A stretch of DNA of 64,000 bases from an uncultured Actinomycetes bacterium (GTDB lineage: Bacteria > Actinomycetota > Actinomycetes > Streptosporangiales > Streptosporangiaceae). The stretch is taken from the NCBI GenBank assembly GCA_963834515.1, contig CAWICB010000001.1, positions 283,290 to 347,289 on the forward strand, in the 5' to 3' direction. The notes beneath the pieces were generated by a model. The model was not told the origin of the DNA and ran no database searches. It saw only the letters and a list, made by a program, of their open reading frames with translations. Positions 1 through 8,607 of the stretch are shown piece by piece (position 1 is the stretch's first letter; each line of letters opens with the position of its first letter). The translations under genes and the position numbers were made by a program.

Positions 1-108
1 CGCTTCGCCACGGCCACTGACATGCAACTGGCGTTGCGTAAAATCCGTGCTGACCTGTAGGCAGCACGGGGCGCCGGTAATGGAGGGAGATCCGGTGCCC
101 CGCTGGTG

Positions 109-510
109 TCAGCCTTGCCGCGCCGGGCCGATCAGGTCCCATTTATTGCCCGCGATGTCGAGGAACACGGCGACCTGGCCATAAGGCTCGCTGCGCGGTG
201 CTGACACGAACTCAACGCCCGCCGCGGTCATCCGGGCATAGCTGGCCCCGAAATCCGCCACGTGCAGAAAGAAAGCCACCCGGCCGGCCGCCTGCCGGCC
301 GACGGCCGCAGCCTGATCTTCCCCGTCAGCCCGCGCCAGCAGCAGGCCGGTCACGGCACCGGGCGGGCGGACCACCACCCACCGTTTGGCGCGCCCATCA
401 TTTGTCAGCGCTGGGGAGTCCTCAACCAGCTCGAAGCCCATGCTGTCCACGAAGAATCTGATCGCCGGGTCGTACTCGCTGACCACGACCGCGACCAGGC
501 CGAGATGCAT
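109..510 (-). CDS. VOC family protein (glyoxalase/bleomycin-resistance/dioxygenase fold)
   Basis: 133-aa ORF with ATG at 510. MHLGLVAVVVSEYDPAIRFFVDSMGFELVED...VAFFLHVADF...GVEF...PYGQVAVFLDIAGNKWDL fits the VOC beta-alpha-beta-beta-beta pattern. The overlapping + strand ORFs are Arg/Pro-rich shadow frames. Confidence 0.8.
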   Translation of the reverse strand: MHLGLVAVVVSEYDPAIRFFVDSMGFELVEDSPALTNDGRAKRWVVVRPPGAVTGLLLARADGEDQAAAVGRQAAGRVAFFLHVADFGASYARMTAAGVEFVSAPRSEPYGQVAVFLDIAGNKWDLIGPARQG

Positions 511-565
511 GGCGCGAGCATAGGCCGCCGGCCTAAGTTAGCGTCATCAGCTGGCGGGCGTCAGG

Positions 566-1918
566 TCAGGGCAGGGTCCACAGGTGTACTTTGCCGCCTA
601 GCTCGGAGCCGTCGGCCACGAGGCGGTCGCCTGGGGCCAGGGTCGGCTGGGAGTCGCTGACGTTGCGGTACACGGTTGTGAGGTCGGAGAGAGCGCCGGA
701 GCTGGCTACCTGCCAGGTGTATACCGTGTCGCGATCCGCCGTGCTGGGAAACGCCTCGGTACGGTCGATCACGACCGTCAGGGCATGGCCGTCTGGGGTG
801 AAGCCGATTGCGTAGGCGGCGGTTGCGCAGCCAGGCGTGCACGGGTTGACCGGTCCGCCCGCTCCGCCGGGGAACCGGGCGCTGGCCAGGAGGGGGAGGG
901 TGGTGACGCGGACCGGGTGGCCTGGGCCGGCCAGGCGGAACACCAGCACGTTGCCGTGGAAAGTCACGCCGGCCAGCAGGTTGGCCTGGGGCGAGAACGC
1001 GAGAGCGGTGAAGTAGTCGCCAGGGCGGCCGCGCAGGGTGGCGATGCGGGTCGCATGGGCCGGGTGAGTCACGTCCCACAGGGCGATCTGGTCGGTGCCG
1101 AACGCGCTGGCCAGGACGTGGCCGTCCGGGGAGAACACGAGGTCTCCGTCGCCGAGATCGAAGTTGCCTGGGTTGCCGGTCTGGACCGGGGCAGCGAGGG
1201 TGCGCAGCAGGCGGGGCCGGGCTGGGTCGGCCACGTTCCACAGGGCCAGCTCGCTGGTGGAGGCGGTGGCCAGGAGGCTGCCGCTGGGGGAGAAGGCCTC
1301 GCCCCATAGGCTGCCGGCGAAGCCGGCCGACAGCACGGCCAACCGGGCCGGGTGGCGTGGGCGGGTCACGTTCCACAGGACCGGCTGGCCACCAAACGCG
1401 ATCGTGGCCACGGTGCGGCCGTCCGGCGAGATCGTAGTGGGGTTGCCGCCCTCGAACTCCGCCAACCGCCGCGGCCGAGCCTGGTTGGTGACATCCCACA
1501 GGATGCTGGTGCCGGACCAGGGCGCGCCGTCTGCGGCGCCGGCCAAGATGCGCCGGTCGCCCGAGAACGCGACCGGCCCCACCGCGCCGCCGTTTGACAG
1601 GTGCCAGCTGCTTTCGCCGATGTTCTGGGCGATGATGGGCAGGGCCACGGGCGCCACGAGGACGGCGGGCACGGCGACAGACATGACGACGGCTAGCTTG
1701 GCGTTCTTGCTCAGGCGGGGTATGAGGCGGATCTCCCTCCGGTAGCCGGGCTCCAGGTGGGTGGTCAGGGCGGCGCCGGCCAGGCTGAGCACGGTTCGCG
1801 GTCCTGCGGGATACTGGTCGAGAACGTCGAGCATTTCCTCGGCGTAACGCTGCTTCCAGCGGCGCGGATAGCAGCCGACCAGGGCGCGGCACAGCCGGTC
1901 AGCCAGGGCGGGCTTCAT
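566..1918 (-). CDS. membrane-anchored WD40-like beta-propeller repeat protein, co-transcribed with padR
   Basis: 450-aa ORF that starts 6 nt after the padR stop. It has an N-terminal cytoplasmic segment, one TM helix (AVVMSVAVPAVLVAPVALPII) and repeated FSPDG..LA....LWDV/LWNV units typical of WD40 blades. Confidence 0.75.
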   Translation of the reverse strand: MKPALADRLCRALVGCYPRRWKQRYAEEMLDVLDQYPAGPRTVLSLAGAALTTHLEPGYRREIRLIPRLSKNAKLAVVMSVAVPAVLVAPVALPIIAQNIGESSWHLSNGGAVGPVAFSGDRRILAGAADGAPWSGTSILWDVTNQARPRRLAEFEGGNPTTISPDGRTVATIAFGGQPVLWNVTRPRHPARLAVLSAGFAGSLWGEAFSPSGSLLATASTSELALWNVADPARPRLLRTLAAPVQTGNPGNFDLGDGDLVFSPDGHVLASAFGTDQIALWDVTHPAHATRIATLRGRPGDYFTALAFSPQANLLAGVTFHGNVLVFRLAGPGHPVRVTTLPLLASARFPGGAGGPVNPCTPGCATAAYAIGFTPDGHALTVVIDRTEAFPSTADRDTVYTWQVASSGALSDLTTVYRNVSDSQPTLAPGDRLVADGSELGGKVHLWTLP

Positions 1919-1924
1919 CGGAGC

Positions 1925-2242
1925 TCAGCCGGTGGCGATGCGCTGGCAGCCGGTACGCACGATCTGCTGCATGGAATGCAACTGCTCGGCCAGGACCTGC
2001 TGGCCGGCGGCGGTGATCTCGTACGGGCGGCGGCGCTCGTCGGCGGCCAGCGGCCGGATCCAGCCCCGGCGCTCCAGCCGGGACAGCGCCCCGTACAAGG
2101 TGCCCGGCTCCATGCCGACCCCGCTGAAAGCGGCGATGTCGGTCATGATCGCGTAACCATGCTTGGGGCCGTCGGCCAGGCTGGTCAAGATCAGCGCCGA
2201 CGGGTCGGCGAACCGGCCGAGATCATCGAACTTGCCGTGCAC
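1925..2242 (-). CDS. PadR family transcriptional regulator
   Basis: 105 aa. LILTSLADGPKHGYAIMTDI....PGTLYGALSRLERRGWI is the PadR winged-helix signature. Confidence 0.9.
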   Translation of the reverse strand: MHGKFDDLGRFADPSALILTSLADGPKHGYAIMTDIAAFSGVGMEPGTLYGALSRLERRGWIRPLAADERRRPYEITAAGQQVLAEQLHSMQQIVRTGCQRIATG

Positions 2243-2268
2243 TCAGCACCTCGCTTATTCAGTACCGG

Positions 2269-2289
2269 CTACTAAGCTGAAATTAGTAA
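2269..2289. promoter_or_regulatory. candidate PadR operator (inverted repeat CTACTAA-N7-TTAGTAA)
   Basis: 6/7-matched inverted repeat in a locally AT-richer stretch, 27-47 nt upstream of the padR start codon. Assigning it to PadR is an inference. Confidence 0.3.
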
Positions 2290-2523
2290 CGCGCTGGCCC
2301 GGAACCTGTCAAGCCCGCCTCCCGCATCAGAGATGCTGCCGCTTAGCCGGTCGCGGGGACTGCCGGGTTCGTGCTGTCGCCGCGCTGCTCGGCAACCCTG
2401 GTCTGCGGCGGGTCGGAAGTTGGCTCCGGGACGAAGAGACGCGTGCCCGCTGCGCCCGATCAGGTGAGCCACAGCGGCAACTCGCGGTCTCCCGCGGACA
2501 ACTACCCGCATGGCCTGCTCTCC

Positions 2524-3162
2524 TCACCCGGTGCTCCTGCGGCCCGGGGGCCGCGCGCCGGCCCCGCCCGCGCCAGCTGACCGGCGGGCCGCCCACTCGT
2601 GGTCGAGAATGGACATCAGCACCTCGTCGTACCAGTGCCCGTCGTGCAGCACCGACTCGCGGTGGCGGCCCTCCGCAACGAACCCCGCCTTCTCGTAGGC
2701 GCGGATCCCGGCCGGGTTGAACGGGGCCACGCTGAGCTGAAGGCGGTGCAGGCCCAGCTCGCGGAACGCGTAGTCGACGATGACGCGCATCGCATCGGAC
2801 CCATAACCGCGGCCGATGTACTCACGGCCGAGTGCGATCCCGAGCGTCGCGCACCGGTCTTTGGGGTGTGCCCCCCACAACCCGATGTGGCCGGCCAGCA
2901 CCGGCGGATCCTCGAGCGTCTCGATGGCGAAGCCGAGGCCACCGCTGTCGTTCGCGCTCCACCTCACGATGCGCTCCTTCGCGGCCGCCTCTGACGGCGG
3001 CGCCACCCAGTGCGACAGCGTGGCCATCCGCCCGGGATCCATGTCCCACTTCGCGAGCGTAGCCAGATCGCCGTCGCGCACGCCGCGCAGCCGCACCCGC
3101 TCACCAGCGAGGATCGAGTCGCCGTAGCCGAAGGCGCCGGACACATCGGTGAGTTCGGTCAT
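2524..3162 (-). CDS. GNAT family N-acetyltransferase (RimJ/RimL-like)
   Basis: Start chosen at ATG 3162 (MTELTD...). ..RVRLRGVRDGDL...GHIGLWG...LGIALGREYIGRGYGSDAMRVIVDYAFRELGLHRLQLSVAPFNPAGIRAYEKAGF is a classic GNAT motif A/B pattern. The ORF-track start at 3273 adds an Arg/Pro-rich extension. Confidence 0.85.
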   Translation of the reverse strand: MTELTDVSGAFGYGDSILAGERVRLRGVRDGDLATLAKWDMDPGRMATLSHWVAPPSEAAAKERIVRWSANDSGGLGFAIETLEDPPVLAGHIGLWGAHPKDRCATLGIALGREYIGRGYGSDAMRVIVDYAFRELGLHRLQLSVAPFNPAGIRAYEKAGFVAEGRHRESVLHDGHWYDEVLMSILDHEWAARRSAGAGGAGARPPGRRSTG

Positions 3163-3352
3163 GGGGCTGATACTGCCGCACGCCGGGACCGCGGTGTGAT
3201 CCGGTCCCGGCCGTGCGGACGCTGCGGATGGCCCGCTGCCGCAGTCGCCGGGCCGGGGTGGCAGCTGCCGCAACTCGTTGCGGCGTTGCGGGTAACAAGG
3301 GGTGAGCGAACTCGCGCGGCCGGGAGAGGCAGCCTATGCATGGATGTGAGCC

Positions 3353-4039
3353 GTGCTTACCGGGCGGCCCGGTAAGAGTGGTCAGGCCGGGCCGGGCACG
3401 CCCGCCGGTGACGGGGAGCGGGCCGGTCCCGCTGGTGGCGGGCGGCTGAGCGACGCGGACATCGTCGCGGCTTCGGTCCGCGACCCGGGCCGTTTCGGGG
3501 AGATCTTCGGCCGGTACGGCGACGACATCCTGCGCTACGCCAGTGCCCGGCTGGGCGGCGATCTGGCTGAAGATGTGACGGCCGAGACATTCCTGGCCGC
3601 CTTCCGCGCCCGGAGCAGGTATGACCGGTCACGGGAGAACGCCCGGCCATGGCTGTACGGCATCGCCATCCGCCAGATCGGTAAGCACCGGCGGGCTGAG
3701 CGCCGCTACCGACAGGCTCTCAGCCGTGTCCAGGCCGAGACGGTCACCGCCGATTTCGGCGATCGCGTGGCTGACCGGGTCACGGCCGAGCAGCTACGGC
3801 CGCGGCTGTCCGCAGTGCTGTCTGGGCTGCCGCGCCAGGATCGCGAGCTGCTGCTCCTGGTGGCCTGGACTGACCTGACCTACGAGGAATCGGCGCAGGC
3901 GCTGGGCGTGTCGGTCAGCGCGGTCAAATCGCGGCTGCACCGCATCCGGGCGCGGACCCGCCGGGCCCTGGGCGAGACCGCGCTCCCCGGCCCAGGAAGC
4001 TCTGCCACGCCACAGAAGCAGGAGACCCACCGTGGATGA
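3353..4039 (+). CDS. ECF-type RNA polymerase sigma factor (sigma-70 family)
   Basis: Region 2 (FGEIFGRYGDDILRYASARLG..AEDVTAETFLAAF) and region 4 HTH (LPRQDRELLLLVAWTDLTYEESAQALGVSVSAVKSRLHRIR) are both present. GTG 3353 is the only in-frame start. Confidence 0.85.
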   Translation: MLTGRPGKSGQAGPGTPAGDGERAGPAGGGRLSDADIVAASVRDPGRFGEIFGRYGDDILRYASARLGGDLAEDVTAETFLAAFRARSRYDRSRENARPWLYGIAIRQIGKHRRAERRYRQALSRVQAETVTADFGDRVADRVTAEQLRPRLSAVLSGLPRQDRELLLLVAWTDLTYEESAQALGVSVSAVKSRLHRIRARTRRALGETALPGPGSSATPQKQETHRG

Positions 4040-5108
4040 GATCGCACTGTTCCGACAGCTTCAGCCGCCGCCACCGCCGGATGCGCCCCGGATGCGCGAG
4101 GCGGCCCGCGCCCGGCTGGTCGCGGCGACGATCGCTGCACCAGCGCACTCAGCCCGGCGGGCGCGCAGCACCCTGGTGCCCGCAGCAGCTGCGGCGGCGG
4201 CCCTGGTGGCGGCCGGAACCGGCTACGGCCTGGCCGCCACCCAGGGTGGCCCGGGCCCCCGGCCGGGCCCAGCCGCCGGGGGTGGCGCGAGCTCCCGGCT
4301 GGGCCCAGCCGCCGGGGGTGGCGCGAGCTCCCGGCTGGCCATGGCGGCCGGCCTGACCGCCGTGCACGGATGCCCGGGGAAGTACATCACCGCGGGAACC
4401 CTCGAGCAGGTCAGCGGTACGCGGCTGATCCTCCAGCCCGCCAGTGACCAGGACCACCAGGACAGGTCCTGGCGAGCTCAGCCGGTAACCGTGGCCACGT
4501 CCCCGTCGACGGTGATAACCCGCCCGGTGAGCGGAAACGTCAGCGACATCACCGACGGCTCGCATGTGGTCGTGCAGGGAACCTGGTCCGGTGGACGGCT
4601 CGCCGCGGCCCAGGTGGGCATCGAGGCGGCGCTGCCCGCCCCGTCGTCTTTCGGCCCCTCGGTCGCACCCCAGCTGCCGCCCTTCGGCCCCTCGGTCCTG
4701 CACCAGCTGCCGCCCTTCGGCTCCCTGGTCCCGCACCAGCTGCGCAAGCTCATGCCCAGGGGAGCGCTCGGCCTGCCCGTCGCGACGGGCACGGTCGTGG
4801 ACGCGCATGACGGCAGCTTCACCGTGATCACGCAGAGCCTGTTCCCGACAGTGCCAGCCCGGGTCCAGGTGACCACCTCGAGCTCGACCAAGGTCGTGGC
4901 GAAGGCCAGCGCCAGCCTGAGCCAGCTGGACCCCGGGGCCAACATCGTGGCGGTCGGTCAGATCGGGCCGCACGGGGTGCTAGCCGCCCGCAGCGTGGCC
5001 GAGCCGCCGGTGGTGAGAATCGTGCTGGCCGGCGGCCCAGCCAGGATCCGGCCATCCGGCTGCTCGGCGTCGGCGATCACAACGGCGGCCGTCCTGGCCG
5101 GCAGCTGA
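4032..5108 (+). CDS. ECF-sigma-associated single-pass membrane protein (possible anti-sigma-like partner)
   Basis: GTG start overlaps the sigma stop by 8 nt (GTGGATGA). It has the N-terminal MDEIALFRQLQPPPPPD motif, one TM segment (LVPAAAAAAALVAAGTGYGLAA) and an extracytoplasmic region with internal tandem repeats. The anti-sigma role is inferred from position only. Confidence 0.6.
   Translation: MDEIALFRQLQPPPPPDAPRMREAARARLVAATIAAPAHSARRARSTLVPAAAAAAALVAAGTGYGLAATQGGPGPRPGPAAGGGASSRLGPAAGGGASSRLAMAAGLTAVHGCPGKYITAGTLEQVSGTRLILQPASDQDHQDRSWRAQPVTVATSPSTVITRPVSGNVSDITDGSHVVVQGTWSGGRLAAAQVGIEAALPAPSSFGPSVAPQLPPFGPSVLHQLPPFGSLVPHQLRKLMPRGALGLPVATGTVVDAHDGSFTVITQSLFPTVPARVQVTTSSSTKVVAKASASLSQLDPGANIVAVGQIGPHGVLAARSVAEPPVVRIVLAGGPARIRPSGCSASAITTAAVLAGS
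4265..4336. repeat. perfect 36-bp tandem duplication inside a CDS (GPAAGGGASSRL x2)
   Basis: gggcccagccgccgggggtggcgcgagctcccggct occurs twice back to back (4265-4300 and 4301-4336) with no mismatch. The duplication is in frame. Confidence 0.95.
4650..4742. repeat. imperfect 33-bp tandem repeat (~2.8 copies) inside a CDS (FGPSV.PQLPP units)
   Basis: Units at 4650-4682, 4683-4715 and a partial unit at 4716-4742, read directly from the sequence. Confidence 0.9.
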
Positions 5109-5383
5109 GCCACCGGCCCCCTTGATCCCGGCCCGATCAGGGGCGGGGGAAGCTCCGGGCCAGCCCCTGGTCAGCAGCCGCGGGCGGTGGCAAGCCACGC
5201 GGCGGCCTGGACCCATACGCCGTCAGAGCGCTGACGCGCCGCATATTGCTCGGCGACTTCAGCCCGGACCGCAGGGAGCGCCAGCGACCGAGCGCAGGAA
5301 GCGGTGGCGGCCGCAATGGCCACCACCTCGCTTCCCTCCTGTGCTACTCAGTCCCAGCGCGGCGGCGCTTGCTCCCGTTGCCG

Positions 5384-5656
5384 TCACGATTGCCGTGGGT
5401 CCCCGGTCAGGTACACCTTCTTCGGAGGCGGATAGACGGCTCGGCCGATCGTGGCAGAGGCCCACCCGATGCACCATCCGAAGAAGATCGCGAAGATATA
5501 GCCCAGGGTCACTTTCTTTTCGGTGGCGGCGAGAATCGCCCCGATCACCCCCCAGGCGACGAAGCTTCCGATGCTGTACGCCGTGTAAGTGTTCATGCGT
5601 GGTGGGGTTTTGCGGTGGATCCAGGTAAGAAAACCACTGCCGGTTGAAGCTTCCAT
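5384..5656 (-). CDS. small two-TM membrane protein, unknown family
   Basis: 90 aa. A strong RBS (GAGGAGGG) sits just upstream of ATG 5656. Two hydrophobic helices are present (SIGSFVAWGVIGAILAA and YIFAIFFGWCIGWASATIG). GC3 is lower than in neighbouring genes. Confidence 0.5.
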   Translation of the reverse strand: MEASTGSGFLTWIHRKTPPRMNTYTAYSIGSFVAWGVIGAILAATEKKVTLGYIFAIFFGWCIGWASATIGRAVYPPPKKVYLTGDPRQS

Positions 5657-5947
5657 GGAGCCCTCCTCAGGCTCGCAAAACTGATATCACTATGATAGGC
5701 ATGTGTTATCAGCTACGTCAAGTCAGGGCGGGCGGAACGACATCGCAGAATCGGCCAGGCCCAGGCCAGGAGCGGCCCGGCGTCCGGGTGCGCACCGAGT
5801 CAAACGGCCGCCGCGACACCGGTACCCGCTATCAGGGCCACCCACTATCAAGCTGGTCAGCCTGTCAGCCACAGTCATGATCAACTTAGCCAAGTGGCAT
5901 TACGTCAGGTCTCGACACGGGTGGAGCGGGCGGAAAGGATGCCAGGC

Positions 5948-6154
5948 ATGCTCTATCTCGCTATGGCGCAGCACACCGGCCGGCGGCTGGCCGAAATCGG
6001 CTTCCTGCTCATCTTGTTCGCTGGGATCTGGCTCGCCGCGGCGCAAATACCGAAGCTCAGGTTTACCACTGGCCGGACGATCGTCGCAGGTATCGCGCTC
6101 GCGCTCGCGGGCGTGCTGCTCATCATCGCCACGCACTGGGGTCACTTTGGCTAA
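5948..6154 (+). CDS. small two-TM membrane protein, unknown family
   Basis: Start chosen at ATG 5948, 9 nt after GGAAAGG. Helices are IGFLLILFAGIWLAAA and IVAGIALALAGVLLIIA. The ORF-track start is at 5894. Confidence 0.45.
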   Translation: MLYLAMAQHTGRRLAEIGFLLILFAGIWLAAAQIPKLRFTTGRTIVAGIALALAGVLLIIATHWGHFG

Positions 6155-6203
6155 TTATCAGCCGGCCAGCTTACGGTCCGGGATCCTGCTGGCGGCCGGC
6201 CGT

Positions 6204-6587
6204 TCAGCAGACCGGGCCGTGGCTTGCTGCGACGGCGGTAAGTATCGCCCGGATAGGCGGTAAGTATCGCCCGGATAACGGTGAAGTCGACCGCAGCGGG
6301 ACTGCCGTACCGGATGCATCCCTTACCAACGTCCAGGTCGGCCAGCTGGCTCCGGTGGGCGCTGAGGACATCGGCATGCACACATACAAGGAGATGTACC
6401 GCTGCTGGCTGGCTCAGGCGACCGCGGTGACACCGTCGCGGCTGTAGGCAGGCATCCCGTATCTCATGGACTCAGCGAAGCCCGTCAGCAGTGCACGGCA
6501 CGTATGGCGCAGTTCGCTCAGCACCACACGCCGCCCCTCCGGCACCGGGGCCAGGTGGCTATCGACGTCTGCGGCCTCGCTTCGCAC
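6204..6587 (-). pseudogene. DUF1801 (YdhG-like) family pseudogene with three lesions
   Basis: Minus-strand reading gives VRSEAADVDSHLAPVPEGRRVVLSELRHTCRALLTGFAESMRYGMPAYSRDGVTAVA, then an in-frame TGA (6414-6416), then ASQQRYISLYVC. A frameshift near 6375-6385 leads to MHADVLSAHRSQLADLDVGKGCIRYGSPAAVDFTVIRAILTA. A 22-bp duplication then shifts the frame away from the tail VAASHGPVC. Confidence 0.65.
6234..6277. repeat. perfect 22-bp tandem duplication (frame-breaking)
   Basis: ggcggtaagtatcgcccggata occurs at 6234-6255 and again at 6256-6277. This explains why two ORF-track frames both contain IRAILTA. Confidence 0.95.
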
Positions 6588-6758
6588 ATGCGCATGCTAC
6601 GGACGTCCCGCGGGCTACCGCGGACGGCAGCCACCGCCCCGGCGTTAGTGAATGGTACGAACTTCAACGGCCCGGGGAGGCGCGTTGCCGCAGCTGAGAG
6701 TGGCCTGGGCCAATGTGAATGGGGTGCGCGCCGCCGCAGCCGGGGGAATATCGCAGTA

Positions 6759-7070
6759 CTAACCGGAGTCGTAGCTGACGTGAGTGAACACCACGCTGCC
6801 CCCCGGCGAGCCCGGCCGGCCAATCTGATCCTTATCGAGCAGTCTGGCGTCAAGCGGCAGATCCCGCAGCCTTCGCCGCTCGACGGAATGGCCCGGGCCG
6901 AACAGGTCATGCACGAGCACGGCCACCGGCTCCGCGAAGTCAAGGTGGTCAGTGAGCACAAGGCGATCGCCCGCTGGAAGGTCGGCGAGCTGGGCTGGCG
7001 CCGGGTCGCCTGAGCACCAGCCTCGGCGCCTGAGCACCGGCGGCGGCGCGTCCGGGCCGAGCCGGCCCAT
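6759..7070 (-). pseudogene. possible C-terminal remnant of a RibD_C / dihydrofolate-reductase-like gene
   Basis: The tail ..DRLVLTDHLDFAEPVAVLVHDLFGPGHSV....LPLDARLLDKDQIG...GSVVFTHVSYDS loosely resembles the LVDE..L.V.PV.LG.GK...L.L......G.V.L.Y ending of that family. There is no room for an N-terminal half, and several rare codons are used. Confidence 0.25.
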
Positions 7071-7078
7071 AGCGCACG

Positions 7079-8395
7079 CTACCCGTGGCCCCGCACCACC
7101 ACGTTGAACACCCGCACCTGGAAGGTGCCCGCCGGGTCGGGCGGCAGGCTGGTAAACCACACCAGCACATAACGCCCCTGCGCCGGACTGGCCAGCCGCA
7201 GCCGGATGATGCCGCCGGGGCCGGCCGAATGCGCCACCACCGGCAGGCCAGCCAGGTCACGGGCGGACCCGACGCGGATCTGGAACCGCGCGCCCGGGGC
7301 GGCGCCGATCCGCACCCGGACCTTGTCCACCGTGACCTGGCGGCCCATGTTCAGGATCAGGCCCGTCCCGGGGTACAGATTGCCGAACCGCGGTGTGGTG
7401 TACCAGTCGCTCTGCCAGGCCGTGTTGGGGTTGCCGTCGGCGGCCAGCCTCGCGTTCTGCGGGTTGTCGCCGGGCCCGCCGAACGCGCCGAACGAGGTGA
7501 TGCCCGCTGGGGTGAGGTTCTGCAGCCCGGACGCCGCCGGTGCCGCGGAACCGGGCGCCGGGGCGCCCGGCGACGAGGCCGGGACCGGGGCGGCGGCCAC
7601 GGTGACCGGGCGGCCCGGCCCGAGGCTCAGCGTGACCGGGCCCGCGGCGGGCCGGGCAGGCAGCGCGTTCTTCCCGTTCACGGTCATCCGGACGGCACCC
7701 GGGTCGGACAGCTTGATGTGCACGGCCCGGTGCAGCGTCCAGCTGATGGGCGCGCCGGCCGCGGCGTAGGACCGGGACAGGTAGCCCCCGTCCGGGGTGG
7801 TGAACACCACCCAGGTGCCGCGGCTCGCGGTCAGCCGGACCACCATGGCGTGCCCGGACCGCGCCGATCGGGGCACGCCGGGCCCGGCGGCCGTGCTGGC
7901 CTGGGCCGCCGGGCTGGACGCGGCCGCCTGGGGAGGCGCGGCCCGGCCGTGCCCACGGCCGAACGCGAGGTAGTATCCGGCCCCGCCAAGCACGATCACG
8001 GCCGCCGCGGCGAGCAGCAGGACCGGGTTCAGCCGGGGACGCTCGGGCGGCCGGGACCTGGCCACCAGTTCGTCGAGGCCGGTCGCCGCGATCGGGCCGG
8101 TGGCCCGGTGGTCCTCGTCGTATTCCTGGATCAGCGGCCCGGGGTCAGTCCCGACGGCCTGGGCGATGCTGCGGATATGCCCGCGGGCGTAGAAGTCGCC
8201 GCCGCACACCGAATAGTCGTCGGCCTCGATGCCCCGGATGATGACTGGCCTGATCCGGGTCTGCTCGCTGACCTGGTCGACGCTGAGACCGGCCTGGTCG
8301 CGCGCCTCCGCCAGGGCTTCGCCGATGCTCACCGCCGTGCCTCCACCGCCATCCGGTCCACGCGCCGCCCTGGGCTGCGGAACGCGGCCCGTCAT
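7079..8395 (-). CDS. RodZ-like HTH membrane protein (HTH + TM + DUF4115-like) with a discoidin/F5-8-type-C-like C-terminal domain
   Basis: It has an HTH (SIGEALAEARDQAGLSVDQVSEQTRIRPVIIRGIEADDY), a TM helix (VLLLAAAAVIVLGGAGYYLAF), a DUF4115-like beta region (VVRLTASRGTWVVFTTPDGGYL..VRMTVNGK) and a C-terminal NPNTAWQSDWY...GRYVLVWFT domain. The start is uncertain: ATG 8395 or the ORF-track start at 8485. Confidence 0.7.
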   Translation of the reverse strand: MTGRVPQPRAARGPDGGGGTAVSIGEALAEARDQAGLSVDQVSEQTRIRPVIIRGIEADDYSVCGGDFYARGHIRSIAQAVGTDPGPLIQEYDEDHRATGPIAATGLDELVARSRPPERPRLNPVLLLAAAAVIVLGGAGYYLAFGRGHGRAAPPQAAASSPAAQASTAAGPGVPRSARSGHAMVVRLTASRGTWVVFTTPDGGYLSRSYAAAGAPISWTLHRAVHIKLSDPGAVRMTVNGKNALPARPAAGPVTLSLGPGRPVTVAAAPVPASSPGAPAPGSAAPAASGLQNLTPAGITSFGAFGGPGDNPQNARLAADGNPNTAWQSDWYTTPRFGNLYPGTGLILNMGRQVTVDKVRVRIGAAPGARFQIRVGSARDLAGLPVVAHSAGPGGIIRLRLASPAQGRYVLVWFTSLPPDPAGTFQVRVFNVVVRGHG

Positions 8396-8607
8396 GCCCG
8401 CTTCGTCACCCTTATCAGTGCCCCGGGAAGCGGACGTGCATCCCCGGGGTGCGTCATCAGATACTGGGCCTACTCTGTCCATCATCGCTGGTAACTATGG
8501 CCACGGCGGTCAATCTGGCCTGTTCGGCGCGTCGCCCGGGGCCGCTGTGGCCACCGGTCCAGGCCCCAGGCCCCTGGCCCCAGCCAGCGGTCCAGGCCAG
8601 CTGCCCG

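Noticed and set aside
561-1892. 443-aa minus-strand ORF, and other long ORFs overlapping recognisable genes (for example 7085-8494 +, 10273-11976 -, 13330-14427 -, 23949-25268 -, 26141-28180 -, 43824-46046 -, 49130-49807 -)
   Set aside because: Their translations are Arg/Pro/Gly-rich low-complexity strings, typical of off-frame reading in high-GC DNA. Each is fully overlapped by an ORF with clear family motifs.
3285-3320. ECF-type promoter (GTAAC-N16-CGCG) upstream of the sigma factor gene
   Set aside because: The -35-like GGTAAC is present, but the -10 region does not match the usual CGTC/CGTT-type element. The evidence is too weak to annotate.
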